This document shows, in pieces, positions 50,334 to 59,526 of a stretch of DNA of 64,000 nucleotides. Positions within the stretch are counted from its first letter, which is position 1, and each line of letters starts with the position of its first letter. A program made the position numbers and the translations under genes. Under the pieces are notes generated by a model. It made no database searches, was not told where the DNA came from, and saw nothing but the letters and a program-made list of their open reading frames with translations. Source of the stretch: Candidatus Fraserbacteria bacterium (lineage in GTDB: Bacteria; Bipolaricaulota; Bipolaricaulia; RBG-16-55-9); assembly GCA_037443265.1 (NCBI GenBank), contig JBBIOR010000006.1, positions 5,166 through 69,165 of the forward strand, written 5' to 3'.

Positions 50334-51128
50334 ATGAGGGATTCCAAAAGCCGGATCTCTGATCAAGCCCAGAAAGAGCAAGTACGGAAGATCTTTACCG
50401 AGAAGGCCGACTCCTATGCGGCCCATAAGCCCCTGCTCGATCAAATCTCTTATGAGTGGATGCTCAAGCTCAGTCGGGTGGGGCCGAGGGATCGCGTTCT
50501 GGATGTAGCCACAGGGCCGGGGTTTATCGCGCTGCTCTTGGCCGAGCGCGCCCGCTATGTGATCGGCTTAGATCTCACGCGGGCTCTGCTTAGGCGGGCC
50601 GAGGCGCTTAAGCGCGCGCGTGGTCTTAGCAACATGGGCTTCCTCGAGGGAGATGTAGAATCTCTGCCGTTTCCTGCGGGGGCTTTTGATCTGGTGGCTT
50701 GCCATAAAGCCTTTCATCACTTCCCCAGGCCACAGCGGGTTCTTAAGGAGATCCATCGCGTGCTCAAGGAGGGCGGTCGGCTGGTGCTAGGCGATACGCT
50801 CTCTTCAGAAGATCCCCAGAAGAGCCGATGGCACAATCGTCTGGAGAGAATGAGAGATTCTTCGCACGTCAAAATGTACCCGCTTACGGAGCTTCGGGCG
50901 ATGATCGAGCAGGCGGACTTTCAGATCGAGGACGTGGCGGAGTTCGAAGACGAGCGGGACTTCGAGACGTGGATGAAGACGATCTCTCCTCCGCCCGCGG
51001 TAAGGGAAGAGATCCGGCGGGTCCTGCTCGAGAGCCTCCCCGAGGATCGCACGGGTCAGAAGGTGCGCCTCGTAGAGGGGAGACTCTACTACACGAGGCA
51101 CTCGGCCGTGATTGCGGCCGTGAAGTAA
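50334..51128 (+). CDS. Class I SAM-dependent methyltransferase
   Basis: VLDVATGPG, GDVESLPF, AFHHF, RVLKEGG. Confidence 0.9.
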   Translation: MRDSKSRISDQAQKEQVRKIFTEKADSYAAHKPLLDQISYEWMLKLSRVGPRDRVLDVATGPGFIALLLAERARYVIGLDLTRALLRRAEALKRARGLSNMGFLEGDVESLPFPAGAFDLVACHKAFHHFPRPQRVLKEIHRVLKEGGRLVLGDTLSSEDPQKSRWHNRLERMRDSSHVKMYPLTELRAMIEQADFQIEDVAEFEDERDFETWMKTISPPPAVREEIRRVLLESLPEDRTGQKVRLVEGRLYYTRHSAVIAAVK

Positions 51129-51132
51129 AAGT

Positions 51133-51537
51133 TCACTGAGCCGCCTGGTCGATGATCGCCTTCACTTCCTGGTCAATTTGCTTGGCTGGCTCGCCGAGCT
51201 TCGAGGCCGCCTCGCGGAAGATCTGAGGCAAGATGGCGCTCGGGCGCATGGCGGCGATCTTCGTCTTGCCCTTGTCTGTGTAGATGAGCACGCTGCAGGG
51301 CATGCAGAGTGCCGTCAAGCGCTCGGTTATCATGAAGCGATTCGCATGGGCGGGGGCACAGATGTCAAGCGATTTGACCTGCTCTGTCTGCGGGAATCCC
51401 TTGGCGGCGAGGATCTCGGAAAAATCATAGTCGCCCAGGATGCCCCACTTAGCGGCCTCCGCAGCACGTCTTACGGCGATCACCGCGTCCTGAAAGCCCT
51501 TCGACGTCTCTTGGATGTAAATGAAGTCGGCCGTCAT
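51133..51537 (-). CDS. DUF302-like protein (paralog)
   Basis: SLDICAP, ALCMPCSVLIY, AAMRPS. Confidence 0.75.
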   Translation of the reverse strand: MTADFIYIQETSKGFQDAVIAVRRAAEAAKWGILGDYDFSEILAAKGFPQTEQVKSLDICAPAHANRFMITERLTALCMPCSVLIYTDKGKTKIAAMRPSAILPQIFREAASKLGEPAKQIDQEVKAIIDQAAQ

Positions 51538-51639
51538 AGCTCTCCCTCCTCAGAGATGATGTGGCTATATTATGGCAAGCTGGGGGAGAATCATCTAGCC
51601 CCTTGAAAGGTCGTGGCAGGAGTGTTAGATTGACAGTGG

Positions 51640-51726
51640 GCCGGGGTGGCGAAACGGGTACACGCGGCAGACTTAAAATCTGCTGGGCTCTTAGGGCCCT
51701 TGCGGGTTCGAGTCCCGCCCCCGGCA
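51640..51726 (+). tRNA. tRNA-Leu(TAA)
   Basis: Cloverleaf with long variable arm; loop CTTAAAA; no encoded CCA. Confidence 0.95.
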
Positions 51727-51812
51727 CAAGAGCTTTTTCGAGGGTGTTTTCGGAATGCCCTCAGAGGCCCGCACGGGAGTTAATATGCGCAGACATGGGA
51801 ATGGGAGGGTCG

Positions 51813-52994
51813 ATGAACAGAGCTCAATTCAGCCGGAGGGAATTTCTTAAGCGCACAGGTGCCATGATGTTCTCCCTCTATCTGGCCCGAAGCCTGGGAT
51901 CTTCCAGGGCTTTGGCACGGACTGCAGAGGACATGCCCATCGACCTTGTGGAGGCCGTGACCCAAGAGGACGGCAAGCTGAACGTCTTCAACTGGTCGCT
52001 CTACATCGCGGAAGACCCTGTGACGGAGGAGGAGTTTGGGGTCGATCTCAGGGACGCCACGCCGACCATCGCAAGATTCGAAGAGGAGTTCGGTATTCGA
52101 GTCACGTATGACACCTTTGAGAGCCAAGAGGAGATGCTGGCCAAGGTCCGCCCCGGAGCCAGCGGCTACGACGTGGTCGTCGTCACGAACTACTACGTGC
52201 CCCAGATGGTGGGCCTGAAGCTCCTTAGGCCCCTCAAGAGGGAGTGGCTGACGAATTGGCAGAACCTTGCGGCGCGCTTCCAAGGGCCGCCTTTCGGTCC
52301 CAATCCCGACTATGCCGTGCCCTACCTGTGGGGTGTGACCGGCTATGCCTACAACGAGAAGAGGGTCCGAGGCAACCCCAGGCTCGGCAGCTGGGAGCTC
52401 TTGTTTAAGGGCCGAGAGTACCGCGGCCGGATCACGATGCTCGACAGCCTCTTCATCGACGGGATCAACGCGGCCTTGAAGCTTCTGGGGTATTCTTTAA
52501 ACGAGACGAGTCGGGAGGCGCTGCTGGCGGCCGGGGATCTGCTCTTTGCGCAGAAGCCTCTCATTCGCGCCTACCTGGCCGGTCCGGTGCGCGATCTTTT
52601 GGCGGCCGAAGAGGTCTGGCTCGCTCAGCTCTGGAGTGGGGATACGCTGGCCGCCCAGCAGCAGAACCCAGCTGTCCAGTTCCAGCTTCCCAAAGAAGGC
52701 TCTGACGTCTGGGTGGACAGCATGACGATCCTGGCGGAATCCAGGCGTCCGGCCACCGCACACCTCTGGATGAATTACATCTTAAGGGCCCACGTCCATG
52801 CCGGGATCGCCACCTGGGTGGCCTTCGCCACTCCCAACGAAGCCGCCCTGCGATTCATCCCCGAGCAGCAGCGCACCAGCTCGATCATCTATCCTACTGA
52901 GGCAGAACTCAAGAATTTCGAGCTGTTCGTGCTCCCCCAGGGCGAGGCTCTGGAGATCCGCCAGCGAATCGCGGATGAGCTCCTAAGCGGCTGA
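51813..52994 (+). CDS. Polyamine ABC substrate-binding protein with Tat signal (PotD-like)
   Basis: SRREFLK; FNWSLY, YDVVV, PYLWG, WSGD, PKEG. Confidence 0.88.
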   Translation: MNRAQFSRREFLKRTGAMMFSLYLARSLGSSRALARTAEDMPIDLVEAVTQEDGKLNVFNWSLYIAEDPVTEEEFGVDLRDATPTIARFEEEFGIRVTYDTFESQEEMLAKVRPGASGYDVVVVTNYYVPQMVGLKLLRPLKREWLTNWQNLAARFQGPPFGPNPDYAVPYLWGVTGYAYNEKRVRGNPRLGSWELLFKGREYRGRITMLDSLFIDGINAALKLLGYSLNETSREALLAAGDLLFAQKPLIRAYLAGPVRDLLAAEEVWLAQLWSGDTLAAQQQNPAVQFQLPKEGSDVWVDSMTILAESRRPATAHLWMNYILRAHVHAGIATWVAFATPNEAALRFIPEQQRTSSIIYPTEAELKNFELFVLPQGEALEIRQRIADELLSG

Positions 52995-53926
52995 TGAGTG
53001 CTTTCCGGCGCAGTCTTCTGCGCTCCCTCTGGAGGCATCCTAACGCCAGGACGGTAGTCACCCTAAGCCCGGTCGTCTTCTGGCTCGCCCTCTTCGTAGT
53101 GGCTCCCATGCTCATCGTGCTCTACTACAGCTTGCTCACCGGTGGCCCCTATGGCGCACTCCTTCCCCATCTTACTCTGGAGAACTATCAAAAGCTCTTC
53201 GTCACAGAGAATCTCCGCACGGGAGAGCTTGAGCCTAACTGGCTCTACTTGACCGTCTTCGCTCGCTCATTGGGGCTGGCACTGCTCACCACGGCCATCT
53301 GCCTGCTGGTGGGATACCCGGTGGCCTACTGGATCGCCCTCTACGGCGGAAGATTTAAGGGCCTCTGGATCGGGCTCTTCGTGCTGCCATTCTGGACGAG
53401 CTATCTGGTGCGCATCTTTGCGTGGATGTTCTTGCTGCGCGATCCCTCTGGGTTCATCAACCAACTCCTCTTGCGGACGGGGCTCATCCAGGAGCCCATA
53501 CAGCTTCTATACAACCCGACCGGGGTGCTCATCGGCATGGTCTACACGTATCTGCCCTTTGCGGTCATTCCGCTCTATGCCTCGTTGGAACGTCTGGATC
53601 GCTCTGTGTTGGAGGTGGCCTTCGATCTGGGGGCCCGGCCGTGGCAGCGGCTCTGGCGGGTGACGCTGCCTCTCAGCCGCGGTGGCATCTTGAGCGCCTC
53701 CGTGCTGGTCTTCGTCCCGTCTGTGGGCGAATATCTCATTCCCGATCTTATGGGGGGAGCCAAAGTGAACCTGATCGGCAACGTGGTGGCCGATAAGTTC
53801 CTGCGGGATCAGAACTGGGCCTTCGGCTCGGCTATGGCCATGGGGCTGATGGGGATCGTGATGGCCCTCTTGCTCCTCTACTTTAAGCTCAGCCGGAGCG
53901 CACAGGTCTTCGAGAGGCAACGATGA
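52994..53926 (+). CDS. Polyamine ABC permease (PotB-like)
   Basis: LPFWTSYLVR, EVAFDLGA. Confidence 0.9.
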   Translation: MSAFRRSLLRSLWRHPNARTVVTLSPVVFWLALFVVAPMLIVLYYSLLTGGPYGALLPHLTLENYQKLFVTENLRTGELEPNWLYLTVFARSLGLALLTTAICLLVGYPVAYWIALYGGRFKGLWIGLFVLPFWTSYLVRIFAWMFLLRDPSGFINQLLLRTGLIQEPIQLLYNPTGVLIGMVYTYLPFAVIPLYASLERLDRSVLEVAFDLGARPWQRLWRVTLPLSRGGILSASVLVFVPSVGEYLIPDLMGGAKVNLIGNVVADKFLRDQNWAFGSAMAMGLMGIVMALLLLYFKLSRSAQVFERQR

Positions 53927-54765
53927 GCCGAGGGGTAAGCGGGCGTAGCCTCTTTGCGATGGCACTTCCCCTGCTTATTTTGCTCGTATATCTCTTCATC
54001 TATGCTCCTCTTTTCATTTTAATGCTCTTCTCGTTCAACTCCGCGGGGAATCTCGCCTGGTGGCAGGGGTTTTCGCTCCAGTGGTATGAGCAGCTCCTGG
54101 GCTACGATCAGCTCTGGAAGGCGCTCAAGATCAGCCTGATGGTCACCGGCACGACCGTGCTCATCTCCACGGCTCTAGGCACACTCACGGCCTACGCCCT
54201 CTATCGCTGGAGGTTCTGGGGTAAGCGGCTCTTCGAGAGCGTGCTCTATCTGCCCTTGTACATCCCTGAGGTGGTGCTGGGGATTTCGCTTCTGGTCTTC
54301 TTCATCTTCTTGAGGATCCCCAGGGGGCTACTCACGATGATCTTAGCCCATGTGGCGTTTACCACCCCTCTGGTGGTGCTAGTGGTGCTGGCCCGGATGC
54401 AGCGGATCGACTGGGCGCTGGAAGAAGCCGCCATGGATCTGGGGGCCGATGAGCTTGTGACACTTAGCAAAGTGACGCTCCCTCTGCTCTGGCCGGGGAT
54501 TCTGGCCGCAGCGCTTCTGGCCTTCCCTTGGTCGTTCAATGACTTTGTGATCACCTACTTTGTTACCAGTCCCGGCAATGCTCCGCTGCCGGTGTTGACG
54601 TATAATCTGATTTTGGGAGCCCGAAGGAGCGGGGCCATGGGGATGATCAACGCCTTGGGCACGCTCATGACGGTGGTGACGCTGCTTTTGCCCCTGCTGG
54701 CTCTTTTGCTGGTGCGCCTGAGGCGCTTCTCGCTGCCCGGCTTCCGCTTCCCAAGGAGGAGGTAG
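53923..54765 (+). CDS. Polyamine ABC permease (PotC-like)
   Basis: FSFN, EEAAMDLGA. Confidence 0.9.
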   Translation: MSRGVSGRSLFAMALPLLILLVYLFIYAPLFILMLFSFNSAGNLAWWQGFSLQWYEQLLGYDQLWKALKISLMVTGTTVLISTALGTLTAYALYRWRFWGKRLFESVLYLPLYIPEVVLGISLLVFFIFLRIPRGLLTMILAHVAFTTPLVVLVVLARMQRIDWALEEAAMDLGADELVTLSKVTLPLLWPGILAAALLAFPWSFNDFVITYFVTSPGNAPLPVLTYNLILGARRSGAMGMINALGTLMTVVTLLLPLLALLLVRLRRFSLPGFRFPRRR

Positions 54766-55854
54766 ATGGACACTCCCAGCGTGGAGCTTCGCGCGGTGAC
54801 CAAGCGCTTTGGCAGCGTTGTAGCCGTCGATCATGTGAGTCTCGCCATCGCCAAGGGGGAGTTCTTCTCGTTTCTGGGGCCGAGCGGCTGCGGCAAGACC
54901 ACCCTGCTTCGCACGATCGCAGGCTTAGAGACGCCCGATTCCGGCGATATCCACATCCATGGGGAGCGGGTGAACGATCTTCCCCCCTATGAGCGCAACG
55001 TCTCCACCGTCTTTCAACGCCTGGCTCTCTTTCCCCATCTCACGGTGGGAGAGAACATCGCGTTTGGACTTAAGATTCAGGGTCAACCTCGTGACACGAT
55101 CCAGAGAAGAGTGAGGGAGATCCTAGAGCTGGTGCGCCTGCCAGGTTTAGAACAACGCTATCCTGATCAGCTCTCGGGCGGGCAGCAACAGCGGGTGGCG
55201 CTCGCCCGTTCGCTGGTGCTTGAGCCGGAGGTGCTCCTGCTCGATGAGCCGCTGGCGGCTTTAGATAGAAAGCTCCGGCTGGAGATGCAAATGGAGCTCC
55301 GCCGGATTCAGCGAGCAGTGGGCATCACCTTCATCTACGTCACGCATGATCAGAAGGAAGCGCTCAGCCTGTCGGATCGCATGGCCATCATGAAAGAGGG
55401 TCGAATCGTACAGGTGGGCACGCCCCAGCAGATCTACGAGCACCCCCGGACGGCCTTCGTGGCGGATTTTATGGGGGCTTCCAATCTCTTCTCCGGCGAG
55501 CTGATCGAGCAGTGGGGGCAGCTTTGTCTTCATACGAAGAGCGGCTTGATCATTCGCGTTCTCCCTGCGCCAGAGGGCTCATCTTCCAACGGGGCACAGC
55601 TTCTGGCGCTCCGCCCGGAGATGATCGAGATCCGTCGCCTGGACGAGGGCTTCCCATCTGAGAACTGCTTCGTGGGCCGAGTCCTGCAGAAGGTGTATTC
55701 AGGAGAGATCCTAGAGTTTGAGGTGCTCCTCAATGGGACGGAGCGCCTCAGGGTGCACTCTCCCAGTCGCTCGCCTGCAGCTCAGATCCACGTGGGCGAA
55801 GAGGTCCTCGTGGCTTGGGATCCCGAGGCGGGGTCTCTACTTAGCGCAGAGTGA
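54766..55854 (+). CDS. Polyamine ABC ATPase (PotA-like)
   Basis: GPSGCGKT, LSGGQQQR, TOBE tail. Confidence 0.92.
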   Translation: MDTPSVELRAVTKRFGSVVAVDHVSLAIAKGEFFSFLGPSGCGKTTLLRTIAGLETPDSGDIHIHGERVNDLPPYERNVSTVFQRLALFPHLTVGENIAFGLKIQGQPRDTIQRRVREILELVRLPGLEQRYPDQLSGGQQQRVALARSLVLEPEVLLLDEPLAALDRKLRLEMQMELRRIQRAVGITFIYVTHDQKEALSLSDRMAIMKEGRIVQVGTPQQIYEHPRTAFVADFMGASNLFSGELIEQWGQLCLHTKSGLIIRVLPAPEGSSSNGAQLLALRPEMIEIRRLDEGFPSENCFVGRVLQKVYSGEILEFEVLLNGTERLRVHSPSRSPAAQIHVGEEVLVAWDPEAGSLLSAE

Positions 55855-55856
55855 GC

Positions 55857-57950
55857 TTAGCGCAGCACGACGAGCTTGCGCACGGGGCTACGCCACTCCT
55901 CTCCCGAGAGGCCCTTCACCGTGACCACATAGAGATAGACGCCGTTGGCCAGCGGTCGGCCCTCTCCCTCTAAGGCTCGCCACTGGAGTCTCGTCCCCAC
56001 GGCAGAAGCGGCAAAGCGCTTCTTTCCCCCGAGGTCGAACCCCTCAACTTGTACGGAGGCGATGCCTGAGCCGGTCACGGAGAGCTGCCAGAGTCCTTGG
56101 CCCAAGGGGCTTAGGCGCAGATCTCGCACGAGTAGGGCAGCGGCAGAGCCCGACGGCCGCCGAGGCTCTCCCACCAGGCCGGCGGCCTCGAAAGTCAGGG
56201 CCAGCTCTGCGATCCTGGTCACATCGGCTGCATTGAGTGTGCTGCAGTCGGGGATCTCATCAGTAGGGGCTTTAGGCTCAGCTACATCAGCCACGCGCTT
56301 CTGCTCGTCGCTTAGCCCGCTGATGGGCTCCGGCGGCACCTTCAGGCAGGGCAGGATGGCGTTAGCCAACATCAGGGCGTCCCGGATCGTGGGGATGCCG
56401 TCCAAAAGATCCACGTCCCCCGGCGTAAGCAGGATCACGCTGCCGGAGACGACTACGACTTGAGTGGTAATGTCCGTGCCGCCGGCGTCTTCAATGAGAT
56501 CGACCTGGAGGGCGAGGATGCTGCGCTGGCCCGGCTGGCTTCTTGCTGTCTTAGAGATTATGAGCTGGGCTACGGCTTCGGGCTGGCGGCTGCCAGCCTT
56601 GGCCGAAGGGCTTTGAGCTGGGTCGACGAAGAGAGTGAAGTTGAGCCGCCCGGCGCGGTTGTCTATGCGAACACTGCTTGTCTGATACGGAGGTTCCGGC
56701 ACCAGCTCTTCAATGCGAATCACCTGGGGATCGAAGAGCACGGAGACTGTCTGGACTTCGAGGCGTCCTAGGCCGACGTTGGGAAAGCCCACAACTTCCA
56801 GGGGCACGCGGCTTCGGATCCCTGAGATTTGCATGTCGGGGATTCGGAGCACCCCGCTTCCGATCATGACCGTCTGGGGCATCTGGATGGCCGGGGCCAC
56901 GCTGGGATGGATGGCCGTGCCCAGAGGCTCCTCAACGAGGAAGGTAATTCTCAGATGGATGGTGCGGCCGCGCATGGCCGTAGGGCTTGCCGTGGCCTTG
57001 ATCTCAAATTTCTGGCAGGTGTCATCCTGAACGGGTACGCTCATGCTCCACGAGAAGCCTGCTCCTCCGCGATCAAAATTGGGGCTCGGTAGGCCACTGG
57101 AGGTCAGAGGAGAGCTCCCTCCCGCCAAGAACAGCGCAAAGTCACTGATATCAGCGGATCGGGCGCTGCCCAGCGGGCCCTGGACCAGGATCAGCGCCGT
57201 CAGGCGCAGTTCATGCCCATTGGCATCCTGGTCGCAGATCTCGAAGCTGGCTACTGTGCCTTGACTGTTAGTGCGGATGGGCTCTGGGGTGAAGTCAAGC
57301 GCTCTCAGGCGATTGATGCCCCCGTTGAACACCAGATCCGGGGTGCCATCCGTGATGGCATTTAAAAAATTCGTCGGAGCCGGAGGGCTGCCTATGTCCT
57401 CTGTAAACCCAAGGGTCACTTGGAGCTGTAGGGTGTGGTTCTGCGCCTTGCTCTGAAGATCATTGGTGCCCTTGGTGCGCACGGCGATCCGAAAGATCTT
57501 CGCTTGGTCGTCTGGGATCAAGATGGTCAAGGGGGAGAAGCTAGCTCGAAATGAGATATTGGGGTTCGGGCCGGCGACCGGGGCTGCCGGGCCGGCGACG
57601 GCGTTGTTCCCCTCATCGAGGACCATGACTTGGGCGATCTCATCATGAGTGGCCGAGCCGAGATTGTCGATGATGAAGCCGGTGATCGTGACATCGCCGA
57701 GATCATCGGCTAGGGGATCGACATCTTTGACTTCAAATGCAAATACAACAGCCCCATCTCCCAAGCTGGTGGGACTCATCGTCATCGGCGTATTTGCTCC
57801 CGGCTCCAAGATCTGGCTGGGGAGCGGAATCTCCAAGAGCTGCACTTGCCCGTATCCGGCTACGGAAGAGAGAGGGCCGATCATAACCCCCAAAAGAATC
57901 CAGAGAGAATGCCAGGGCTTTACCGCAAGGCCGTCTGATCTGAGCCTCAT
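55857..57950 (-). CDS. Large secreted beta-rich protein with cohesin-like, dockerin-like and C-terminal sorting-like domains
   Basis: Signal peptide after GGAG RBS; LFDPQVIRIEE..DNRAGRLNF; GDVDLLDGIPTIRDA..ADV..LNAADV; GRPLANGVYLYVVTV..RKLVVLR. Confidence 0.7.
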   Translation of the reverse strand: MRLRSDGLAVKPWHSLWILLGVMIGPLSSVAGYGQVQLLEIPLPSQILEPGANTPMTMSPTSLGDGAVVFAFEVKDVDPLADDLGDVTITGFIIDNLGSATHDEIAQVMVLDEGNNAVAGPAAPVAGPNPNISFRASFSPLTILIPDDQAKIFRIAVRTKGTNDLQSKAQNHTLQLQVTLGFTEDIGSPPAPTNFLNAITDGTPDLVFNGGINRLRALDFTPEPIRTNSQGTVASFEICDQDANGHELRLTALILVQGPLGSARSADISDFALFLAGGSSPLTSSGLPSPNFDRGGAGFSWSMSVPVQDDTCQKFEIKATASPTAMRGRTIHLRITFLVEEPLGTAIHPSVAPAIQMPQTVMIGSGVLRIPDMQISGIRSRVPLEVVGFPNVGLGRLEVQTVSVLFDPQVIRIEELVPEPPYQTSSVRIDNRAGRLNFTLFVDPAQSPSAKAGSRQPEAVAQLIISKTARSQPGQRSILALQVDLIEDAGGTDITTQVVVVSGSVILLTPGDVDLLDGIPTIRDALMLANAILPCLKVPPEPISGLSDEQKRVADVAEPKAPTDEIPDCSTLNAADVTRIAELALTFEAAGLVGEPRRPSGSAAALLVRDLRLSPLGQGLWQLSVTGSGIASVQVEGFDLGGKKRFAASAVGTRLQWRALEGEGRPLANGVYLYVVTVKGLSGEEWRSPVRKLVVLR

Positions 57951-58006
57951 AAGCACAAACTCCAGTTGCAGTCTTCTTCCGTTGCTGATATAATACGCCC
58001 TGAACG

Positions 58007-58082
58007 TGCGGGGTGGAGCAACAGGAAGCTCGTCGGGCTCATAACCCGGAGGTTGCCGGTTCGAATCCGGCCCCCGCAACCA
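58007..58082 (+). tRNA. Initiator tRNA-fMet(CAT), CCA encoded
   Basis: Three consecutive G-C pairs in the anticodon stem (GGG/CCC); loop CTCATAA. Confidence 0.93.
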
Positions 58083-58095
58083 CCCCTCTCTATCA

Positions 58096-58497
58096 TCAGC
58101 GGAGCCGGCGGAGCTTGACCCGCTCACCGCCAGCCAGCTCAAAGAGCAACTCCTCGTAAGAGACGAAGAGGGCCTTCCAGAGCGTCTCCCCCAGCGAGAG
58201 CCCCAGGGAAGGCTCCCTCCACTCAAACCTGAGAGTCTCTCCATTCTTGATCTCATACTTGCCCACGAGCCATGCTTCTTCTAAGTCGGAGACGAGGAGG
58301 TTGACCACCCCGTCCGCTTGGAACTCGTAGATCAGCCCTGTGACCCCTAAGCTGCTGGAGAGTGCCTCCCAACGTCCGAGGAGGACCTGCGCGCTCAGAT
58401 CCGGCCGACGCAGTTCGCCCGCCCCCAGGCATCCCGTCAGCAAGCTCCCTAGAGCCAGAATTGCTCCCCAGGTCAACCCGCTTCTTCTACTCATCAT
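58096..58497 (-). CDS. Hypothetical lipoprotein
   Basis: Lipobox LLTGC after basic and hydrophobic leader; LLGRW. Confidence 0.7.
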   Translation of the reverse strand: MMSRRSGLTWGAILALGSLLTGCLGAGELRRPDLSAQVLLGRWEALSSSLGVTGLIYEFQADGVVNLLVSDLEEAWLVGKYEIKNGETLRFEWREPSLGLSLGETLWKALFVSYEELLFELAGGERVKLRRLR

Positions 58498-58636
58498 GGG
58501 TCCACAGCCCCTCTACTGTTAGACAGGGTAGGCCCATAAGCTCTCCTCTCCCATAACCGCTGACCATGGCCCGGGGGAAGTCGGTCCCAAGGAGTTTGAC
58601 GAGAACCCTCCTTTCAGGTAAGCTCTTTGCGCCCGA

Positions 58637-58711
58637 GGCGGCGTAGCTCATCGGGTCTAGAGCGTCCGTCTCATAAGCGGAAGGTAGTGGGTTCGAGTCC
58701 CACCGCCGCCA
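58637..58711 (+). tRNA. tRNA-Met(CAT), probably elongator
   Basis: GGCGGCG acceptor stem; loop CTCATAA; Ile2 identity not fully excluded. Confidence 0.88.
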
Positions 58712-58717
58712 CCCTAA

Positions 58718-58790
58718 GGGGACGTAGCTCAGTTGGGAGAGCGCCGCGTTCGCAACGCGGAGGTCGCCGGTTCGAATCCGGTCGTCTCCA
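58718..58790 (+). tRNA. tRNA-Ala(CGC)
   Basis: Loop TTCGCAA; G3:U70 pair. Confidence 0.95.
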
Positions 58791-58796
58791 CCCGCT

Positions 58797-58991
58797 TTAA
58801 TCTCCACAGCCCTCCTGATAGCCGCAGGAGCAGATCTTGTGGCAACCTACGATCCGCTCAAACGGCTCTCCACAGTGGGGACAGCGATTGGGATCCGCGC
58901 GCAGTAATCTTTCCCACTCTTCCAGGCTCATGACCGGCGTAACGCCCTTTGAGGGCCGCTTCTTGGGCAGCGTGCGCTTCCGCGGCTTCAT
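58797..58991 (-). CDS. Small Cys-rich zinc-ribbon protein
   Basis: CPHCG..CHKICSCGY..CGD; alternative start at 58931. Confidence 0.65.
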   Translation of the reverse strand: MKPRKRTLPKKRPSKGVTPVMSLEEWERLLRADPNRCPHCGEPFERIVGCHKICSCGYQEGCGD

Positions 58992-59062
58992 GCCATCAAT
59001 ATTATAGATCAAGGACGGGACAATTTGCCCATGCCTTCGCCACAGGATTAGAATGGACCAAC

Positions 59063-59491
59063 ATGCAGCCAGAGGAGTTCGTCGATCTATTTCGTAAATA
59101 CCTCAAGAGCCGAGGGCTCCACATCACTCAGACGCGCGAGCGCATCGCCTGGGAAGCCTTCCAAATCCCAGGTCATTTCGATGTCCCCACCCTCTGGGCG
59201 AAGTTCCAAGGGGGCCAGATCGCCCCGGCCACCATCTATCGTACTCTGGAGCTCCTCTCCCAAGCGGGCCTCGTGCGAAAACTGCTCTTCCATGAGCGAG
59301 CCTGCTATGAGGCCAGCCTGGGCCGCCCGCATCACGAGCACTTGATCTGCACCCGCTGCGGACAGGTCCTCGAGTTCAGCGATGGAGCACTGGAACAGCG
59401 TCTCGCAGAGATCGTCGAAGCCCACCAGTTTAGGCCTCAGAGCCATCAGGTGATCGTCTCCGGGCTCTGCTCTTCTTGCCAGAAGCCCTAA
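59063..59491 (+). CDS. Fur-family regulator
   Basis: ATIYRTL, HHEHLICTRCG, CSSC. Confidence 0.93.
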   Translation: MQPEEFVDLFRKYLKSRGLHITQTRERIAWEAFQIPGHFDVPTLWAKFQGGQIAPATIYRTLELLSQAGLVRKLLFHERACYEASLGRPHHEHLICTRCGQVLEFSDGALEQRLAEIVEAHQFRPQSHQVIVSGLCSSCQKP

Positions 59492-59526
59492 ACAAGCCGT
59501 CCGGCCTGGGGAAGCCGGCGGCTTGT
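59492..59526 (+). terminator. Hairpin directly after the Fur-family gene
   Basis: ACAAGCCG(T)CCGGC/GCCGGCGGCTTGT stem; no strong U-tract. Confidence 0.45.

Noticed and set aside
51561..58256. Long N-terminal extensions of the PotD-like ORF and of the 799-aa ORF
   Set aside because: They run through tRNA genes; better starts with RBS and signal peptides lie at 51813 and 57950
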